DNA from: the human T2T-CHM13v2.0 reference genome, Homo sapiens
Length of the DNA: 64,000 nucleotides
Strand: one strand, 5' to 3'
NCBI RefSeq assembly: GCF_009914755.1
Contig: NC_060948.1
Both the position numbers and the translations under genes were made by a program. Under the pieces are notes generated by a model that was given only the letters and a program-made list of their open reading frames with translations, had not been told where the DNA came from and searched no databases. Of the stretch, positions 53,227-64,000 are shown piece by piece; positions within the stretch are counted from its first letter, which is position 1; each line of letters opens with the position of its first letter.

Positions 53227-54266
53227 GACCCACTCTTGGTGAAACGCATTATGTAGAATACATGTGCAGGCCAACACACAGCAGCAGGTCTCAGGCCATT
53301 TAGGAAGGCTCATTCCTAGAGTTGTCTAATTTGGCTATCTGTCAAGTTCCCAGGGTGCTAGGAAGTCTTATTTCTAACGTTCTCTGCTTTGATGGTAATA
53401 GTTTTAAACATTAGTGATTTGGATCATGGTGGGAGGACATGGTTTGATCCAATGCAATAGCCAATTATTTAAGGAGTGAGATGAAATCAATCCTATAGTT
53501 TAGTAAAAAAAAAAAAAAAAATTCAGATCAGATCTATTTTGTGAGCTATCATGATCTGGGTCTTTAACTGTGCCTTTTTCTTTTGCTGTATCTGGCATCA
53601 CACTTACAGGATATGAATAATGCTAATATAGTAACAAATATTATAAAGATAGGGAAGATTAGGAATCCAAAAAGTTTATATGTAGAATCAGTGGCAGTAA
53701 ACAAGTGAACTAGTCAGACAAAAACCCTGTATGAATTATCATTATATGATATGCATATTCTTTGATCAGTCTCACAATATGTTTACCTGCTTTACCAAGC
53801 ATTATGTGACCTTATGATAACTCTTATTTGAGGGTTGTAGAACTAACATTAAATCAGAATCCAAGAAATTTAGTCTCTATTCTGACCAATTTATCTCCAC
53901 ACATGTATAAAATCCCAAGGAGGGTATAAATCTGAATGCAAGGAATGCAGAGTCCTCAGTGCCTAAATTGTTATAGGACTTGTTAAAAGTGGAGGAAACC
54001 ATTGTTCCCACCACTTTTATATTGCACCATGTACTGGTATTTGGGAGAGAAGAGGAGGCTCAGTTACAAGAGAAGTCATATAATTCTATAGTGCATTTTT
54101 TTTTCCCTCAGTGGGACTCCCTATGGCAGAGGACCTTAATAATCAAAACATTTATAGCCAATTAATTTTTTAAAAACATATAGGAATGGATATGGATGAG
54201 CATTCATTTCTTCTGAAATGAATTTTTATTTAAGGAAAAAATAGCCAACAACAAAACCAAAATGCA

Positions 54267-54545
54267 GGCTGAGTAGAGTGGCTCACACCTGTAATCCTAG
54301 CACTTTGGGATGCCAAGGCAGGTGATCAATTGAGGTCTAGAGTTTGAGAGCAGGCAGCCAACATGGTGAAACCTCACCTCTATTAAAAATAAATAAAACT
54401 AGATGGGTGAGGTGGTGAGTGACTGTAATCCAAGATAATCAGAAGGCTGAGGCAGAATAATCCTTTAAACCTGGGAGCCAGAAGTTGCAGTGAGCCGAGA
54501 TCACACCATTGCATTCCAGCTGGGGTGACAGAGCAAGACTGTCTG

Positions 54546-54577
<32 letters not shown>
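54267..54577 (+). mobile_element. AluS with ~32-nt pure A tail
   Basis: Diverged dimer followed by long A run. Confidence 0.9.
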
Positions 54578-54578
<1 letters not shown>

Positions 54579-56312
54579 CAAAGTTGCAAGACTAAATCAT
54601 TTTCAACTTCTATGGGTTGGACTACTGTAAGCTTGGTTTCTGTTACAGACTTATAGCAATAAGCTATAAAAACTTAAGCATGTTCTGAAAAACAATTAAA
54701 AATAGTTGTATAGATAGATATATTTATCTTCACAACCTGTAATTGAACATATTATACCCAGGAGACTTTGTTACAAGGTATTTTTATCTTGTTAGTAAAT
54801 ACTTTTCTTTATTTCTGTAGTAAAGAGAAAATGTTTATGGTTGGAGTGGATGCAAAGTAATACATGAATTTAGAAGGAAACTAAACTTGTTTTGCCAGCT
54901 GTTTGGCCCTTTTTGTACCCCATTCTCAATTTGGAGAGTTTGACCTTGACCTAATTTGATTTCTCAAAACCAGCCCTTATAATCTCACCTGCCTACCTCC
55001 TCCATGATGGTCTCTGGGCCTAAAGGCAGGCAGCTTGTATAGTTCTGGCAGCAGAGGCATTAGCAGTGAAACACATGCAGGCCCAGTGGGATGTCAAATG
55101 AGGAATACTCATATCTTTGTTCTTTAGAACACCATGATTTTGATTTCCTTGGAAGTAAAACAAAAAGAGATAAATAACATTTATATTTGAACAATTACAA
55201 GGGTAATTCATATGTCAGAACAACAACAAAAAGGAACCTGTTCTATTAGTGAACCAACTAAAAATATGAGAAAAAAATGATAATGTGGTACATCCTAGAG
55301 GACTATTGTAGCCAATAAATAATAATTTAATCTGCACTCAAAAAAGTCAGGGCTGAAATCTAATATTAGGTATTATGCTTTTTCTTTGAAACAATTTCTT
55401 TAGCTGCTTTTTTTTTATTAAAGATAAAATTATAGCAAGGCCAATTTGTATGCAAGGTGAATTTCAGGCTTATTATGCTTGCCTGATTGTTTGCATAAAA
55501 TGCAGCAATAATTCATCGGCCATATAGACTTCTTTTTAAAGTTGGCTTCACTGGAACTTTACATAAAAATAGGCCATTTTAGTTTAAGTCTTGGTAAAAT
55601 AACAAGGGTCTCAATGTTTTTAACTGTTACTGAAATAATGCAGACAACTATACTTTCATAAAATTACAATCTGAATTTTGAGAACTCAAAAGGTAAATTT
55701 GCTTACAAAGACATAGTTTACCCAAATAACTTAAAAGAAAATGATTTTCTTCACCCTTCTTTAACCAGAGCAGCAGCTTTTAAAACAAGATGTTTGTTTA
55801 CCTTAGAAATGCCATATACAAACTGAACAGGTCATCAGAGATGTTAGGCACTGTAGAATTTTGTTGCTTCTCACAGTTAGTCTTAGGAAAGAGGCCTAGG
55901 TAGAAAGATTTTATATAAACCATTTTCATTTTATTGTAAACCTTTTGGGAAACTTTGTTTGCATTAGCATAGGGTTAGGTTCAGTTAATATTTTATAGCA
56001 AGGCTGTAAATGCCACATGAAGTAGAAATAATCTAGTTCAGTTTTTGTTATTGAAAGGTATTCATAGTTTTTGCCAGCAGCCCTGAAAAAAGCTTCAGAT
56101 AAAGGGCTATGCAATGGAGGATAATCCAACTAGCACTTCAGCTTTTATCCTCTATTTTGTGGGCTTAGGTAATTTACCAGTTCCCATTTAGCATGAGCAA
56201 TTAACATTTCATAAAAGAAATTCATATACCTTCAGTTTAATAGTACTAGACAGGCGAAACATCCCCCAGTTAGATATAGTACCCATTTTCATAAGACTTT
56301 TAGGTAAAGGAG

Positions 56313-56660
56313 TCATATAGTTTGGCTGTCTCCCCACTAAATCTCAACTTTAATTGAATGTCTCAGAATTCCCATGTGTTGTGGGAGAGACCAAAGGGGA
56401 GCTAACTGAATCAAGAGGACTTCTTTTTCCCATGATATTCTTGTAATAATAAGTATATCTCATGAGATCTGATGGGTTTATCAGGGGTTTCCACTTTCTT
56501 CTTCCTCATTTACTCACTGCCACCATGTAAGAAGTGCCTTTTGCCTCCTGCATTGATTCTGACACTTCCTCATCCACATGGAACTGTAAGTTAAATTAAA
56601 ACTCTTTTTCTTCCCAGTCCCAGGTATATCTTTATCAGCAACATGAAAACAGATTAATGA
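56313..56660 (+). mobile_element. THE1 solo LTR
   Basis: ATATAGTTTGGCTGTCTCCCCAC...TATCTTTATCAGCAACATGAAAACAGATTAAT. Confidence 0.9.
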
Positions 56661-57364
56661 AAGTAGTTACAAACACCTTATATAAAACTTGTTTAAACAC
56701 CTTAAATTATGTAATTCTATTACAGTATACTTTTTTATGTTCTGGTTTCAGGAACCCTTTTTAGGAGACTGTTTTAACTTTTCTGGTGAAAGAGGTTTTG
56801 GTTCACAACAGGGAGTTGCGTCTGTAGGACCTGTGAGGGACAGCAAATTTGATAAAGCTTCTTAAACACTCCTGTGATTCTGAGGGAAAGATACCAATGT
56901 AAAAGTGGCCCCCTTAACCTGAAATTTACCATGACCTTCACAATAAGAATATCTGGTGAAAGGATATCCAAGTTATCATAAAGCTAGTCCAACGTGGCTT
57001 GCGTAAGAAGCATATTAACTGCTTTGTCTGGGGTGGTCCACTTTGTATTTTATACAGAGTTGTACAGTTCCCTTATGAGGTCAAACAAACCTTACAATGG
57101 CATTATGTGACCCACTAGGCTGATTGCTTTCTCAGGAATAAGCCCCTGTGAATTTTTAACACATATACTTACTGATTGTTCATTAATAAGCTGTGGTTCC
57201 TGCCTTAATCCAAACAAGCGCTTTAATTCTATAGCATTTTCAATTAAAAATTTTGTCTTTTAAGTGGTTATTTTTATCATCCCCTATAGTAAAAATTTTT
57301 TAAAGAAGCTGAATGATTCCAGTCTATAAAATGAAATAATTACTTTACATTACACCCCCTAGCT

Positions 57365-57690
57365 TTTTATTTTTATTTTTATTTTTTTATTTTTTATTTT
57401 TTTATTTTTTGAGATGGTGTCTAGTTCTGTAGCCAGGCTAGCGTGCAGTGGCATATCTCAGCTCACTGTAACCTCTGCTTCCCACGTTTAAGTGATTCTA
57501 CTGCCTCAGCCTCCCAAGTTGCTGGGATGACAGGCACACACTGCCATTCCCACCTAACTTTGGTATTTTTAGTAGAGAGGGAGTTTCACCATATTGGCCA
57601 ACATGTTCTTGATCTCCTGATCTTGTGATAGGCCCATCTTGGCCTCCCAAAGTTCTGGGATTACAGGCATGAGTCGCTATGCCTAGCCCA
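57365..57690 (-). mobile_element. AluS
   Basis: Diverged dimer with (TTTTTA)n tail. Confidence 0.9.
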
Positions 57691-58532
57691 CCCTGTGGCT
57701 TTTAATGGTTACTTAGTTTTACCCTTCCCCCTACTATTTTTTTGGTAAACACGGGGGCTCAGAGTTATTAAAAAATCCACTCATTTTTTCTGTATAATTT
57801 CCTTCATATAAAGCATCACAAATAGTTTCTTAACAAACACAATTCTGTGTTTTATAAAATTCTAGAAAAAAGCGTATTTTATGCTCCTACTATTTTAACT
57901 TTCTAGTAACCTTTCCAGTCATGGGGGATCTCAAGGGTTTAACATGACTTTAAGAATTTAAACTACTAGAAAATTTTGAGATGAAATTTACAAAGATTAA
58001 CAAGACCATGTTAATTAATAGCTTCTACCAATCTGATAGGCATTTACTTTTGTTTAAAGATGCTTGATTAAAGCTCTTTCACATAGTTTGGTAGTGAAGT
58101 ATCACTTCCACATGACACATAAAGATAGAGATATAACAGGGATGTAGAATTAAAAGACAGGTCAAAAAGCTATTTTATTTGCCTGCTTTCAAAAAAAATC
58201 TTTCACTTTAGATAATTAATAATAGCTACATGAGCCCACAATAGGTGAAGGAGAGAGCAATTATTCAAGTCCTTTTCAAAACAGAAAAAGGTGAACTTCT
58301 GAGATATCAATCTGAAGAATATTAAAGATACAGACTATAGAGTATTAAAATATAAAAATCTTGCATTAAGTCAAATATTTTAATAAAATCTGGTTTTAAC
58401 TAATTTTTTCATTTCGTATTAGTGTACTTTTATTTTTTAGTATTAAAGGCCCATCTCTAGAAATAACTATTTCACTTTCTTCTTAATCATGGCCAACTAA
58501 ATTATACAACACCCTTAAAAACACCTTTTACT

Positions 58533-58842
<310 letters not shown>

Positions 58843-59266
58843 AATGTTTTTACTAACCTTATTGCAACTTACATAGACCATTCACAATGTGCTTAGAACT
58901 GATGTTCTCTTAAATAACCCTCTTTCCTGGGCAACCAATTCATTTTATTTTAAAACAAAAATTCACTACACAAGATTTTTTTAATATAACACAACTTTTA
59001 TTTTTACCTTCTTCAACAAAACTCCTCCATATATTTATAACTCATCCACATATTTATATCTCTTATTTTCTGATTAATTACATGTCCTATATATAATTTA
59101 AATATACCTTGAGTTAGACAGAGATATTTTACCTTTAATAAGAACACTTTAAAAAAGTGTTTTTCTATAATTTTATACTGGAAATTATCCAGATACATAA
59201 TATCAAATAATAGCCTTTGATCCTAAATTATGACAAGTTTGTTTATAGCATTTAGTTTTTTACATT

Positions 59267-60241
59267 TGTTATAGGAGTTACTAAGCAATTATTTTAGGCT
59301 GGGTATGATGGTTCAGGTCTGTAATCCCAGCATTCTGAGACGCTTTGGTGGGTGGATCACCTGATGAAAGGAGTGTGAGATCAGCCTGGCCAACATGGTG
59401 AAACCCCATCTCTACTAAAAATACAAAAAATTAGCCATGCATGGTTGTGGGTGCCTGTAATCCCAGCTACCTGGGAGCCTGAGGCAGGAGAATTACTTGA
59501 GCCCATGAGGCAGAGGTTGCAGTGAACCATAACCTTGCCATGCGTTCCTGACTGGACAAGAGTGAGACTGCATCTCAAAAAATAATAATAATAAAATAAA
59601 AAAAAAAGAGGAATAAGAAGAAATTATTTTAGGCAGATAGAGAGGAAAAGGAGTCCTTGGGTACTTTTTGTTCCTTTTAAAGCAGCTCCAGAAGTGTTTC
59701 TTGTCTAGCTGCAAAGCCCAGGCTCTTAGAGCCAGGCAAGTAAGTTTTGATAAGCAGATGCTGGCCATTAGAAACTGGGTCCATCCAAACATGCTGACTC
59801 CTGCTGTCTTCTCTTTGGCCTTGCCCCAACATATGCCTGGCAACATAGTGGCCACCATACATACCCACGTCAGTAGAACACCTTGGTGCCCTGCATTTCC
59901 ATACTAAAAGGTTAGAGAGTGAGGGACTGTTTTTTTGCAGGCTACGTGAAAGACATGCCTGGTCAAAACAATCCCCGGAGCCCTATGGAAATCAGACACC
60001 ACCTCTTCCAGCCATCTCATATAAGCAGCCACATTTCTGCCACACATAGGGGTTTTCTCTCTGTTTGAATTCCCCCTCCTTATGCCTCTATACTGGGCCG
60101 TTGTTTTCTTCTTCCTTCTTTCTTTCTTGCCTACTAAACATTTTGCTCCTTGAAACCACTACATGTATGTCCTTGTCATTTTATCCAAACTGGAATGAGA
60201 TAAAGGGACCTTGTGTTCCTCCAGTGATTGGAGCTATATCA
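59267..60241 (+). mobile_element. MER61-like ERV1 5' LTR, interrupted by an Alu
   Basis: TGTTATAGGAGTTA...AATTATTTTAGGCAGATAGAGAGGAAAAGG start, ...TATATCA end followed by PBS-like TTTGG. Confidence 0.78.
59297..59612 (+). mobile_element. AluS
   Basis: Dimer with TSD AAG(C/A)AATTATTTTAGG. Confidence 0.9.
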
Positions 60242-60690
60242 TTTGGTTGCATGTTCTGGGAATCTGAAGTACAGCCTTCAACAGAGCAAAACATATGGGA
60301 GTGAGGATAAAATATGTCCTATCATTCAGTAGTGCCTTTAGCGTCTATATTAAAATAAATCAAATCAATAAGCATCCATCAGCCTGGTACATACACTTAG
60401 TATTGGCTGCTATGCTAAAGACTCAGATGTGAGGTTTGCTGAGGAGAAGGTGGAGAAACCTCCATTACCAATGGGTATTGGGAATGTTGACCATGTTTGA
60501 GCTAGCTTCTTTTCATGGGGAGATCTTGCCATTGCAGGAGGCTGGGAAACGTTTTGAGGCAACTGAGAATTTCTGGCCAGGGAGCATTCTGGCATAATTC
60601 GAGGCCTCTGGACTGGACAAACCCTTCAACAGCCCATTACTGGTGTTGGCAGAAAATCCTCAACCATTCTATTGCAAATATCTCCTTCCT
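60242..60690 (+). mobile_element. ERV leader/internal sequence following the MER61-like LTR (probably resumes 63241-63458)
   Basis: Directly follows LTR end; CCATTACTGGTGTTGGCAGAAAATCCTCAAC. Confidence 0.6.
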
Positions 60691-62990
<2,300 letters not shown>

Positions 62991-63240
62991 TGTGTGTCTG
63001 TATATATATATTATATATAATATATATAAAATTATACATATTATATAATATAAATTATATATATATTATATTATATTATAACATAATGTGTATTATATAT
63101 AATATAATTATATATAAATATATAATATATAATATAATATATAAATAATATACATTATAAAATATATATTTTATTTTATTTTTATATTGTGTAAATATAT
63201 ATTATATAAATACATATTATATTATATTTTATATATATAT
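62991..63240. repeat. AT-rich low-complexity/(TA)n tract at the L1 tail
   Basis: About 240 nt of degenerate TA/TAA units. Confidence 0.95.
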
Positions 63241-63455
63241 AACAGCCTCTTACTCTTTCTGTGTGTGAAATGTGCAAGTAGCTTTACAGTCTAGGGACAG
63301 TTTTCATCCCTTTGCAGCGAAGATCCTCACTACCACTTCTCTGGTGACCACATATTTTTAATCCAACACTGCCACTTATTGGAAATGGAATTCCCTTACA
63401 TGAGGCACACTTTTCAAAGTGACATAGCAGCTTCCTTTTACACTGTGAGGAATCA

Positions 63456-64000
<545 letters not shown>

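Overview
Human genomic DNA (a near-consensus AluYa5 points to Homo) made almost entirely of nested retroelements; no intact protein-coding gene, RNA gene or CRISPR-like array is supported. Contents: four L1PA copies that keep their 5'UTR, all on the minus strand (1-2248, 17321-24066, 26983-33420, 39870-43530); older L1PB/L1M scaffolds; about 14 Alus; THE1, MER4-group and MER61-like LTR/ERV remnants; a full-length decayed GAPDH processed pseudogene (36506-37785); and a CpG-rich 5'-truncated retrocopy recognised as C12orf42 inside an L1 (18326-18944). Nearly all ORF-track entries are repeat-derived. The most interesting signals are DNA-level events: a 277-bp perfectly identical ORF1 tract shared by two L1s of different age 31 kb apart (gene conversion or assembly artefact), apparent conversion between two inverted AluYs, a 310-bp tandem duplication of an ORF1/ORF2 junction, a ~2.5-kb deletion fusing ORF1 in frame to ORF2, two open ORF0 frames and three 5'-inverted L1s. 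I found no evidence of a new biological system. Subfamily names are by-eye calls and boundaries of old elements are approximate.
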